Of a stretch of 64,000 bases of DNA, positions 26,053 to 35,257 are shown one piece after another. Under the pieces are notes generated by a model. The model was not told where the DNA came from. It ran no database searches and saw only the letters and a program-made list of their open reading frames with translations. Within the stretch, counting starts at the first letter, position 1. Each line of letters begins with the position of its first letter. A program made the position numbers and the translations under genes. Source of the DNA: an uncultured virus (IMG/VR IMGVR_UViG_3300031951_000030) (Duplodnaviria; Heunggongvirae; Uroviricota; Caudoviricetes); the IMG/VR virus record IMGVR_UViG_3300031951_000030. One strand, given 5' to 3'.

Positions 26053-28860
26053 TTATATGAAATCACCAATGGTCTTTCTACCGTTTCCACCTAATGCATA
26101 AGACCTTCTGGCTTCTTCACGAAGTCTTTCTGAAATTACTTTACCATCCAGATTAAGTGTGCCTTCAAATAGACCTTGTGTATTTATAGCAATTTCTGTC
26201 AATATTGTAGTAGCCAATCCGAGTAATGAAACGGTTTCTATTTGTAAAGCGGAATTAAATTCGGCTTCAGTTAATTGACTAGCTCCTGTTTCTTGTAGTT
26301 TTTTATCTAACTCTTCTTGAGTTAACGCTTGAGTAAATAACTGACTACCATTGGTTATTGTGGCATTTTTAGCTTCGTCCATTTTTAGCTTTACTTCCTC
26401 CTGGTTTGCTACGTCAGATAGGCCGTTTGTTGCAACATTATTAGCTAATTCTAATGTTTTCTCTGTATTTTCTTCAGTAGCTGCAACTGTAGATTTATAA
26501 CCTACTAAATTTGCCTGTCTTAATTCTTCTAATTTTTTCTGGTCAACAAAATACTCTGTATTGGCTTGGCCTTTAAATCGTCCTTGTTGTATTATCACCT
26601 GTTGTGACCCAACTAAACTCTTTATCATCTCAAATTCTTTATCCGATACTCCCTGCTGCTTTTTCCAATAGGCTCCCCCATCACGTAAAATGGGACCTCC
26701 TTCATTAATAAAAGATTGCGCAAGATTTTGAATTCGTCTAATTTCTCTATCTGTGTCCTTATTCTTGTCTGCTATTTGAGTTCCAAATGTAGATTGAGTT
26801 ACTTGTCCCAATGTTGCTTCTACCGCTGCTTTATCTTTCATATCCACATTATTTTTCTCTAATGCATCATTGAAAGATAAAACTAATTTACCAACATCTT
26901 CACTTTTTATACGTTCCTCCTTCAATAACTGCATTACTAGATTACTAGTTTCTGCACCTTGTCCTATACTCGCATCTAACCCATAAGCCGCCATTGCGGT
27001 GGCCATATCTGATTTACTTTTCGCACCCATCAAAAGAGCACCACTTGCAACGTCAGCTAACTCCTGTGCTGCTAGGTCTTCCTTTTCCATATCGGCAGCA
27101 AACTTTAATTCCCAGTATGCTCTATATCTTGCTTCTTCTTTTATTAAATCCATTTTTTGAGCCTGTTCTAACAACATCATTGCCGCTCTCTGTCTCTGCT
27201 CAAACTCTAATAACTTTTTTCTCTGTTCTTGCTCTAATGCCAATTTTGCACCAGCATTTGCCAAATCTTGATTAAGAGCCGCATCTGCAAATGCTTTTCC
27301 TTTGGCAGCTTCCGCTTTTAATTCACCAGCAACTTTTGGGTCTTCTTTACCTTCCATTAATGCCATTAACGCAGATATATCCATTCCGGTAGCCTGTGAT
27401 AATTGTTGTTTAGCAAATGGATTCATTGCACCGATATCCATGCCACCCAACGCGGATTTAAGAGCAGCTGCACCTCCTGCTTGGTCACCTGCCATTAATT
27501 TAGCTCTTACTTCGGAAAGATTTACATTTTTACCCAACATTGCGGATAAACTCATTTCCGCTTTAATACTATCTTTATAGTTTAATACCATAGTATCCGA
27601 TGCCTTCATCATTGATGACATTGATACACTCATTTTACTTAATAAAACCGCTTGTTTTGCAAAACTATCAGCAGTACCATTACTGAATTTATATATATCT
27701 TCACCCGCTTCTTTAATTTGATTGAAGATTACTTGAGGTGCTATATCATTTATTTTAGCAAATGACTCAAATCCTCCTATTAAATTTTGAGCCGTTTCAG
27801 CTGAAGTTTTACCCATCAAACTGAATAATTTTGTCATATTCATGACATCCTCATCACTTCCACTTAAATGATATGCCAATCCTTGCGCGTTTTCAGATAG
27901 TTGAAAACTTTGTTTAATTCCCAATCCAAATGTAGCAGTGAATTTACCTACACCTTCGAGTATTTGTTTTGTACCAGAACCGATTGCTTTTAAGGCTCTT
28001 TCTGAAATTGTTGCATATTTTTCTATAAATGAGATACCAGAAGCTGATATTGCTTTTCGTTTTTCTAATTCAGCATCTAATGTTTCTTTTGCTTGGTCTA
28101 ATTGGAATTGTAACGCATCTTTTCTTAAACCCATTTCATACTCAACTTCATCCTTGACTAAACTATGTTCGAATGCCATCTTATCCATCGCAATCCCTTT
28201 TGAATGGTCAAAAATTTCTCTCTGAAGTTGTTGTTGTAATTCTAATGGTTTTTGATAAGCATATTTTGCATCTATTTTTCTAAATGCTTCCGTACCTTCT
28301 AAACTACCTTTCATGTCTGCTATCCCACCAGGCCCTAACATACTACCTTTATTTGTAGCCATTTTTACTCCTGCTACCAATTTAGCTAATCCACCACTAT
28401 TCCAAAAATCAAAGGCCATTTTTAAACCACTCAATACCATTCCTGCTGGTCCAGCTGCTCTTAATATCGCACCTCCAGCGGAACCTAGTCCTGCTGCAGC
28501 TTTACCCAACATACCACCTGTTCCACCACCACCCTTTATACCAGCTAATCCTTTTTTGAATCCATTAAAATTTTCCTTACCCATTAATTTTCCGGCTACG
28601 CGCATGGTTTTTTTACCGAACATGTTTTCAAATTGGTCGACAGCATTGGCCACTTTTTTCTGGTCCCCTCTTTCTGCTTTCTTTTCTGATTCTACCTTTT
28701 TCTTTGCTTTTCGGTCTAGCTCTTGTGTTTTTGCAAATCCGGCAAAAGAATCTGCTAATCTTTCTGCTACTTTTGAAAAATTGTCAACAGTTGCTTGAAA
28801 AGTACCTATACTTCTTTCTTGAGCTAAATCTAATTCTTCTTGTTTGCGACTCTTTGCCAT
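26053..28860 (-). CDS. Tape measure protein
   Basis: 935 aa, Ala/Gly/Met-rich and helical, between chaperone and baseplate genes. Confidence 0.7.
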   Translation of the reverse strand: MAKSRKQEELDLAQERSIGTFQATVDNFSKVAERLADSFAGFAKTQELDRKAKKKVESEKKAERGDQKKVANAVDQFENMFGKKTMRVAGKLMGKENFNGFKKGLAGIKGGGGTGGMLGKAAAGLGSAGGAILRAAGPAGMVLSGLKMAFDFWNSGGLAKLVAGVKMATNKGSMLGPGGIADMKGSLEGTEAFRKIDAKYAYQKPLELQQQLQREIFDHSKGIAMDKMAFEHSLVKDEVEYEMGLRKDALQFQLDQAKETLDAELEKRKAISASGISFIEKYATISERALKAIGSGTKQILEGVGKFTATFGLGIKQSFQLSENAQGLAYHLSGSDEDVMNMTKLFSLMGKTSAETAQNLIGGFESFAKINDIAPQVIFNQIKEAGEDIYKFSNGTADSFAKQAVLLSKMSVSMSSMMKASDTMVLNYKDSIKAEMSLSAMLGKNVNLSEVRAKLMAGDQAGGAAALKSALGGMDIGAMNPFAKQQLSQATGMDISALMALMEGKEDPKVAGELKAEAAKGKAFADAALNQDLANAGAKLALEQEQRKKLLEFEQRQRAAMMLLEQAQKMDLIKEEARYRAYWELKFAADMEKEDLAAQELADVASGALLMGAKSKSDMATAMAAYGLDASIGQGAETSNLVMQLLKEERIKSEDVGKLVLSFNDALEKNNVDMKDKAAVEATLGQVTQSTFGTQIADKNKDTDREIRRIQNLAQSFINEGGPILRDGGAYWKKQQGVSDKEFEMIKSLVGSQQVIIQQGRFKGQANTEYFVDQKKLEELRQANLVGYKSTVAATEENTEKTLELANNVATNGLSDVANQEEVKLKMDEAKNATITNGSQLFTQALTQEELDKKLQETGASQLTEAEFNSALQIETVSLLGLATTILTEIAINTQGLFEGTLNLDGKVISERLREEARRSYALGGNGRKTIGDFI

Positions 28861-28897
28861 AGTTAATTATAATAATTACATATAAATATACATATTA

Positions 28898-29126
28898 CTA
28901 TTTTCTTCGTGCTCTACTAGGAGCAGATGCTGCTTTTTTAGTCGCGTTTTCATACAATTTAGCTTCGGTGTTCTTACTATTAAGTAATTCATTCCAATAA
29001 AATTCTCTTAATTTAGTGGGCATGAAATATACATCATGCCAAGTAAACCCGCCATTTGAGTTATAGATTAGTGAAAATATTTGTTTGTGTAAAGTTACAG
29101 AATGATTAGTCGGCAGGGTAAAAAAA
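28898..29126 (-). CDS. Tail assembly chaperone extension (gp51 / gpT-like), probably reached by frameshift
   Basis: No ATG at the 5' end. LHKQIF...GGFTWHDVYFMP..LREFY. Overlaps the upstream gene at a T7 run. Confidence 0.6.
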
Positions 29127-29924
29127 GTCAAGTCCTATTGGGACTTTAAGAGCCTCCTTCTCCCCTGTGAACGGTGATGTATATTCAAAACTTAAATTTA
29201 TATCTGGAGTAATTTTTTGTATATATTTTCTTAAAGCTCTGGAGTCAGAAGCTCTCAATTGATTTACAACAAAATTACTGATAAAACCCAAATCTCTGTT
29301 ACCATCTATTTCTAAAATAATTCTTCTTAATCGTGTAGTAACTTCTTTACCTTCTTTCAAAGTTTTTTCAGATGCTTCAATATCTTTATTTATAGCCATT
29401 TCATCACCATGCGTCAATAATTTAAATTTAATTATTGATTTAGATTGTGGTAATGTGAATTGATATTCATTTTCTCTGTTAAGTAAATTTTCATCAATTT
29501 CTTTAATTGATAATTTACTCATATCAACTTTAGTTTGAACTGCTTCGTTTTCTACTGGGTCTGTAACGGTAACATCATACTCTGGTCCGTATGCCAACAC
29601 TCTAGTTGCAATTAGAATTGCATTCTTATCTCCAATTATCAAATCAGAAAGACTTACTCCTGGTTCTACAATTATTGATTCTAATAATTTATCAATTACT
29701 ATACCCTTACGGATAAGATTTGTAGAAGTAAGAATATCTTCTTCTTTAGCAGTCATTAATTTAACAGTCACCTCACCTTTTGATAATGGAGATGATTCGG
29801 GATAACATAATCCCTTTGATGGTAAACTAATAATTTCCGTTGGGAATGGATACGATTTTTGTTGTTGATAAACAGGATTAGAATTTAATCCTCTACTAAC
29901 TGCTTGTTCGGTAATTTCTTCCAT
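29106..29924 (-). CDS. Baseplate hub / tail assembly chaperone (T4 gp26-like)
   Basis: LPSKG..Y, MTAKEEDIL, GDKNAIL...R...YG, FTLP, C-terminal DFFYP. Start reassigned to MEEIT at 29924. Confidence 0.75.
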   Translation of the reverse strand: MEEITEQAVSRGLNSNPVYQQQKSYPFPTEIISLPSKGLCYPESSPLSKGEVTVKLMTAKEEDILTSTNLIRKGIVIDKLLESIIVEPGVSLSDLIIGDKNAILIATRVLAYGPEYDVTVTDPVENEAVQTKVDMSKLSIKEIDENLLNRENEYQFTLPQSKSIIKFKLLTHGDEMAINKDIEASEKTLKEGKEVTTRLRRIILEIDGNRDLGFISNFVVNQLRASDSRALRKYIQKITPDINLSFEYTSPFTGEKEALKVPIGLDFFYPAD

Positions 29925-29963
29925 AATAATAACATTTTGTTTAATTATAAGTATATGTAAAAC

Positions 29964-29993
29964 AAAAAAATGGGATGTATTTCTACACCCCAT
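29964..29993 (-). terminator. Rho-independent terminator
   Basis: Minus strand ATGGGGTGTA-GAAA-TACATCCCAT followed by a T run. Confidence 0.8.
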
Positions 29994-30021
29994 ATTAAAT
30001 TATTTTAAAATACTATTTTAA

Positions 30022-30216
30022 CTACCAACCAGGATAACCCCTTTGAGCTAATTCCTGTGTAACCTCATGATACTTCTCCTCACTCACTACACCATTCCAA
30101 AAACACCAATCATAATTGGTCTTATGGGGGTCATTATGTCCATTGAACTCCGCAGTAGAAATCAACAAATCACAATACTCACTTACACTCATGCCAGCAA
30201 TTTCTTCAGTTTCCAT
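30022..30216 (-). CDS. Small acidic hypothetical protein
   Basis: 64-aa ORF in a two-gene cassette. Confidence 0.55.
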   Translation of the reverse strand: METEEIAGMSVSEYCDLLISTAEFNGHNDPHKTNYDWCFWNGVVSEEKYHEVTQELAQRGYPGW

Positions 30217-30234
30217 ATCTTATTTATTTATTTG

Positions 30235-30498
30235 TTAGTATTCAATTAAGGAAATTGGAACGATAAACACACCACCACTCTTTACACTTAAAGTAGCCTT
30301 TGTTCGATTAATTTTATTAACCCACAAATCTTTACCTCGCAATTTCGGGTGATTAACCGTAACTTGCATACCCACACTTAAACCCACTTTCTTTTGAAGT
30401 GATTCGATATTGCGTTTTTGTTTGATTAACTCAACAACAATCTGATTGATGTTACGCAATTCTGATACTGACAATTTTGATAATTCTGAAATGTTCAT
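30235..30498 (-). CDS. Small hypothetical protein (helix plus SH3/KOW-like C-terminus)
   Basis: 87 aa; LSVGMQVTV...VNKINRTKA. Confidence 0.6.
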   Translation of the reverse strand: MNISELSKLSVSELRNINQIVVELIKQKRNIESLQKKVGLSVGMQVTVNHPKLRGKDLWVNKINRTKATLSVKSGGVFIVPISLIEY

Positions 30499-30543
30499 AA
30501 CTTTTAGATTTTAGATTTTAAATGTTTAACTCTTATTACATAG

Positions 30544-30574
30544 TAAAGGTAATACATTCTGCTATAAAAGTCAA
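30544..30574 (-). promoter_or_regulatory. Bacteroidetes-type promoter for the two-gene cassette
   Basis: Minus strand TTG (30574-30572), 20 nt, TACCTTTA (30551-30544). Confidence 0.6.
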
Positions 30575-30623
30575 GTCTTTTTTCAATTATTTTTTAAATT
30601 TATAATGGTTCTAAATAAGACAT

Positions 30624-30653
30624 AAAAAAAGGGATAGAAATCTACCCCTTTTT
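30624..30653 (-). terminator. Rho-independent terminator after the tail tube gene
   Basis: Minus strand AAAAAGGGGTAGA-TT-TCTATCCCTTTTTTT. Confidence 0.75.
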
Positions 30654-30680
30654 AATTATTTTAAAGTTTACAATTAAAGA

Positions 30681-31169
30681 TTAGTATTCAAGAATTGCGT
30701 AATCATAAGTTAAAGTTAATTCTATCGATAGTGGGTCGTTTGAAGCCCAATCCAATTCACCAAAGTTTGCTGAAGTGATAAATGCTCCTTTTAAAGTCCA
30801 TTGTTCAATCTTATCACCTACTGGTCCTAATAAGAAGAAGTTAATATCTTTCTTATAGAATGCCGCGTATCCATCTCTACCTGTTAGAGATTCGTGTGAA
30901 CTTCTAACCCACTCCATTACTTGCTGTGCTCCAGATGGAACGATTGGGTCATAAAGAGAGATAGTAATATCATCCCAAGTGGATTTACCCTTAATCTTTC
31001 TTTTTACGTTGATGTGGTCTAGTTCAACTATTTCCGATGTGAAAGTTGGTCTACTAGCCGTTTTGATGATGTATGATTCAATACCATTGATTTCCATAAT
31101 AAATCTATTCCCCAATTTGGGTTCAAAATTTCTGTAGAACATCTTGTCAAACTCTAATATTTCTGGCAT
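30681..31169 (-). CDS. Tail tube protein (T4 gp19-like)
   Basis: NRF, GKSTWDDITISLYD, WTLKGAF, FGELDW, LTYDYA. Confidence 0.88.
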   Translation of the reverse strand: MPEILEFDKMFYRNFEPKLGNRFIMEINGIESYIIKTASRPTFTSEIVELDHINVKRKIKGKSTWDDITISLYDPIVPSGAQQVMEWVRSSHESLTGRDGYAAFYKKDINFFLLGPVGDKIEQWTLKGAFITSANFGELDWASNDPLSIELTLTYDYAILEY

Positions 31170-31215
31170 CTTTTTTTTATTTAATTGTTTCTAATATAAA
31201 TATCTAATTTCTAAA

Positions 31216-33450
31216 TTATCCGTTAAAACTTGCTCCAGTTGGTAAGATGTTGAAATCAATTTGAATGAATTCAGCGGTTTTAGTCGGTTGTAAGAAGATA
31301 GCTCCTGCTAATATGTTTCTATCAATTACATCAGGCGTATTGTTAGTATCATCCATCACTACTCTAAACGCGTAAAGTCCTTGTCTCTGTTGGATGCTAT
31401 CCAAATATGGATTAACAATGTTTAAGAATCTGTTTCTAGTTTCAGAAGTATTTTGTTCAAACACTAAATATCTAGATGAAGATGCGATATACTTTCTAAC
31501 AGTCAACAACAATCTTCTTACGTTGATTCTATCCAATGCAGATGGTCTATCTTGCAATGTTTTTTGTCCGAATACTACAATTCCTTGTCCAGGGAACTGA
31601 ACGATTGGGTTTACTTTGTTTTCGTATAATGAATCTTTTTCGGATTGAGTTAAACGATTTTGAACACTTACTGCTCCAATTAAACCACCTCTATTCAAAC
31701 CTGCTGGTGCAAACCATTCAGCTGCTACTCTATCGTTAGCCGCAAATACCCCAGGCAATAATACTGATGGTGGTACTGCGATTAGTTTGTTAGTGTTAAC
31801 ATCGATTGTTTTAACCCAAGGGTAGTAAGTTGCTACCATATTTGAATCGATTGATTGTGCTTCTGTATTTGCTTGTCCAATTGAATCACCATAAGCGGTT
31901 GTATCCAAAATGTAGAAACAATCATTTCGTTGCTCAACCATATCCAATACTGAAGTTGCTACTGAAGAGTGTAATCGTTTGATAACACCTGGAGTTACAA
32001 CCATATTGATGTCAAATTCATCTACATTTGATAATGCCGCGATATGTTTAGCGTATGCTGCTGAACCACTAGCATTTACTGTTGATAAGTTAAATCCTTG
32101 TGAGTTTCCTGCTGAAATATCTGCTCCTGTCAATATTGGAGTTGCTGGATTCATACCATCAAATCCTTCTTGGAATCCTACAATGAATTGTGCCGAAGTT
32201 GAACCTACTGCTAATGTACCACCATTTGATGCATCTAATCCAAATACAGAGTTAGAACCTACACCTGCTCCAGTCGGAATTGGCTTTAAGTAGATATTGT
32301 TATCAGTATTACCATCTAAATTGATACCACCATATTGTGTTGCCGATGAAGTTAAGAATGTTACTGCAGGAATCAATGCTCCAACTGCTGCCGATGCGGA
32401 TACTGGTAAAGTATACGCTGCGTGTCCGAATGGAACTGCTTGTACGGGAGCCGATGTATTTAAGTTAGCAATTCTAACATATTTTGAATTACTTACCCAA
32501 TCTCCAGATTCAGATATTTTACCCTCTGAATCAATTGATAATTTTCTATCACCGATTACTCTACTAATATAGTTAGGAGAATTAGGGTCTAAATTTACAT
32601 TTGAATAAGTTTCTAATACTACTTTTTTCTTATTTGTATCACCAAATTCTCTTACAACTACGGTGAATGTACCATAATCAGTACCATTTACAGAACCTGC
32701 TGCTTTAATATTTGTGATACCAATTTTTACTTTAGTATTTGCCGCATTACCTGCTCCGATTGTTTCAAATTGGAATAAGTTATATCTATCACCAGAGATT
32801 ACTTGAGATGTAATCATTGGTGTTAACGCCTCTTGCGCATCAAATGTAAAAAGTTGGTCACCCAATACAGTTACTGAAGAAGATGCACTGGAATTAAATG
32901 TTATAGAAGAATTTTTAAAGAATCCATACACATAAGGGTCTTTAGAACCAAACGCAGATGTTCCAAATACTGCTTCAATATCGTTTGTATCGGTTACATC
33001 CAAAGAAGCAGATAGGTTTAATCCACTACCTCTTAATACGAAATCACCTGCTCCTGCATTAGAAGAAGTTAATTGTGCGTCTGCAAAACCTCCGTTTGCA
33101 CTTCCTGAAGTATTGAATAAGATACCTAAAGATGCTGATACAGCTCCTGAAGTTGCAGTTAATAATAAAGGTGCTACTTCGGTATATCCTCCAACACCCC
33201 CAACTCTACAAATTGTAGCAGTTCCTGCCTCTCTTAAATAATTTTGTACGGCTAAAGGAGTAAGATATGTGCCATCTGCTGCTCCAAATAATTTTTCAAA
33301 TTCTGCCTGTGAATTTACGATTGTAGGTACCAATGGTCCTTCTTTGAAAGGTCCGATAAATGCTGCTCCAATATCTGCTACCCCTTGCTGTAAGAATGAA
33401 AGGTCATTTTCTTTTGTAAATACACCTGGTGATACTATTTTGTCTGCCAT
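31216..33450 (-). CDS. Tail sheath protein (T4 gp18-like)
   Basis: SPGVFTKEND, YYPWV, WFAPAGLNRG, RINVRRL, VFEQN, PTKTAEFI. Confidence 0.95.
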   Translation of the reverse strand: MADKIVSPGVFTKENDLSFLQQGVADIGAAFIGPFKEGPLVPTIVNSQAEFEKLFGAADGTYLTPLAVQNYLREAGTATICRVGGVGGYTEVAPLLLTATSGAVSASLGILFNTSGSANGGFADAQLTSSNAGAGDFVLRGSGLNLSASLDVTDTNDIEAVFGTSAFGSKDPYVYGFFKNSSITFNSSASSSVTVLGDQLFTFDAQEALTPMITSQVISGDRYNLFQFETIGAGNAANTKVKIGITNIKAAGSVNGTDYGTFTVVVREFGDTNKKKVVLETYSNVNLDPNSPNYISRVIGDRKLSIDSEGKISESGDWVSNSKYVRIANLNTSAPVQAVPFGHAAYTLPVSASAAVGALIPAVTFLTSSATQYGGINLDGNTDNNIYLKPIPTGAGVGSNSVFGLDASNGGTLAVGSTSAQFIVGFQEGFDGMNPATPILTGADISAGNSQGFNLSTVNASGSAAYAKHIAALSNVDEFDINMVVTPGVIKRLHSSVATSVLDMVEQRNDCFYILDTTAYGDSIGQANTEAQSIDSNMVATYYPWVKTIDVNTNKLIAVPPSVLLPGVFAANDRVAAEWFAPAGLNRGGLIGAVSVQNRLTQSEKDSLYENKVNPIVQFPGQGIVVFGQKTLQDRPSALDRINVRRLLLTVRKYIASSSRYLVFEQNTSETRNRFLNIVNPYLDSIQQRQGLYAFRVVMDDTNNTPDVIDRNILAGAIFLQPTKTAEFIQIDFNILPTGASFNG

Positions 33451-33518
33451 TTTATATACTAATTTAAAATTTTATTATCTCATTATAAATATAAACTTTT
33501 ATTTCAAAACAACAATTA

Positions 33519-35246
33519 TTACTTTAATGTTGTTGAGAAATGATTATATACCTGCGCTACTGATGTAGAATTCTGTAATACATTGTAGAATAATACGGCT
33601 TGGATACCTCCATTCCAAAATGTTGTTCTTGCACTATTACATCCAATTGTTACAAAGTTAGTAGAAGATGGAGCAGTAAATGCTGATGAAGTGAATGTTC
33701 CTACTGAACTACCATCAACGTATACGGTACAAGTTCCAGATGGTTGGAATGCTGCTGAAATTAAATAGTTTACCCCACTCGTTAATGATGTGGTTAATTG
33801 TGCACTATTTCCTAATGAACTACCATAAAACTTAACTCTATTTAATGTAGAATTATCAGTAGATTCGATTGCTAACCCATAAAATCCAGCATAATCAAAA
33901 ATATGTCGCGATGCTACACCCAATGTTGTAGTTGGTCTAATCCAAACGTGGATTGTACCAGTATTTGTATTAAATTGTGAATATCCACCATTAATGTTAG
34001 TTGTCGTATCTTTGTAGAAGAATTGGTTAGTTCCGTTAAATGTTACAAATGATGCTTTCTTATTTGCACCATTTGTAGATGTTGGATTACCACCCGTAAT
34101 TCCCGCATCGTTTATAACACCTGCAGGTCTAACACCTGTATTATATCCACTCAAATCTAACCAGTCTGCTGCTGCAGAACCTGAATTATAAGATGCCGTT
34201 TTATATTGGTCAACATATAATCTTAATCCTGAAGATGGAATATATGGTTGTGTAGTTGTTCCTTTGTTATGAGATATGATACCGTTTGCCAAATAAACGT
34301 CAGCATTTTCCACATTAAGTGTTACGATTTCAACATCTTCAATTATTACTTCAATATCAGTAATTTCTACCTCATTTAAACCAGTTACCGAATCGTATGT
34401 TACTACTAAATCACCAATTAATACATCTTCGATATTCTTAAAACGATATTTTTCGATTTCAGAATCCCAAACCCAAAGAGGGTGAGTTCCAGTTGCTTTT
34501 ATCAATCCACCATTTAAATCGTAATATCCACTTGCAAAGTTAAATACAATATCTGCTACATTTACTTCTTGATATGAACCAGATTGATTTTCTAACATAT
34601 AGAATCTCCAATCAACTTGGTCTGATTCTGGATCCTGGTCTTCATCAGGTAAACCATCAGGTACCCATGCTTTAATAGTATCACCTACTGAAAGGTCTTC
34701 TACATTTACAAGAGTTCCATCTGCTTTAGTTATTTTTGTTCCAAATAGTAAACAGAAATCTGGTTGGTTAATTGTATTATAAACATCTACTGCAAATAGG
34801 GTTTTGGTAGATGGTGTGTTATATCCAGTTGCTGCCAAATTATAACCATCGGCATAATTTAAAGTCAATACTGAAGATGCTTCCGAATATGTTGATTGTG
34901 CAATAGATGCAGGTGTAATTGGAAATGACGGAGATGCACCTAATGTTGGAGAACCTACTGAAAAGTTTGCGTTATTAAAAGATGCAGTATAATTTGCAGC
35001 TACACTACCTACTTTCGAACCATGTAATGAACCCGCTGTCCCAAATGAGAATGTTGCGGTTTCTGTTGTAGATTCTACTATATAAGTAAAAGTTGGCAAA
35101 TTTGGCGTTACGGAGTCTATTGCGAATGAAGTTAGTGAACTATTCGAAGCTCCACCTGATAACCCTCCCAATGAAACTGCTCCGGCTCTGTTTGAACCAC
35201 TAACCGCTCTAAATAAATTTCCTAATGATAAATTAGTTCTTGGCAT
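33519..35246 (-). CDS. Virion protein with a central Hint domain and a C-terminal LamG/ConA-like domain
   Basis: CLLFGTKI...LSVGD...TGTHPLW...YLANGIISHN, followed by a LamG-like region (WIRP, VYVDG, IG, FYN). Confidence 0.8.
   Translation of the reverse strand: MPRTNLSLGNLFRAVSGSNRAGAVSLGGLSGGASNSSLTSFAIDSVTPNLPTFTYIVESTTETATFSFGTAGSLHGSKVGSVAANYTASFNNANFSVGSPTLGASPSFPITPASIAQSTYSEASSVLTLNYADGYNLAATGYNTPSTKTLFAVDVYNTINQPDFCLLFGTKITKADGTLVNVEDLSVGDTIKAWVPDGLPDEDQDPESDQVDWRFYMLENQSGSYQEVNVADIVFNFASGYYDLNGGLIKATGTHPLWVWDSEIEKYRFKNIEDVLIGDLVVTYDSVTGLNEVEITDIEVIIEDVEIVTLNVENADVYLANGIISHNKGTTTQPYIPSSGLRLYVDQYKTASYNSGSAAADWLDLSGYNTGVRPAGVINDAGITGGNPTSTNGANKKASFVTFNGTNQFFYKDTTTNINGGYSQFNTNTGTIHVWIRPTTTLGVASRHIFDYAGFYGLAIESTDNSTLNRVKFYGSSLGNSAQLTTSLTSGVNYLISAAFQPSGTCTVYVDGSSVGTFTSSAFTAPSSTNFVTIGCNSARTTFWNGGIQAVLFYNVLQNSTSVAQVYNHFSTTLK
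34266..34754 (-). other. Hint (intein-like, BIL-type) domain
   Basis: Cys165 to His-Asn327; the +1 residue is Lys; no endonuclease insert. Confidence 0.75.
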
Positions 35247-35257
35247 ATTCGTATGTA

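Noticed and set aside
30499..30680. tRNA or other ncRNA in the larger intergenic gaps
   Set aside because: No cloverleaf or T-loop signature was seen; this gap is explained by a promoter and a terminator.
34266..34754. Canonical mobile intein
   Set aside because: The +1 residue is Lys and there is no homing endonuclease, so it is treated as a BIL-type Hint domain.
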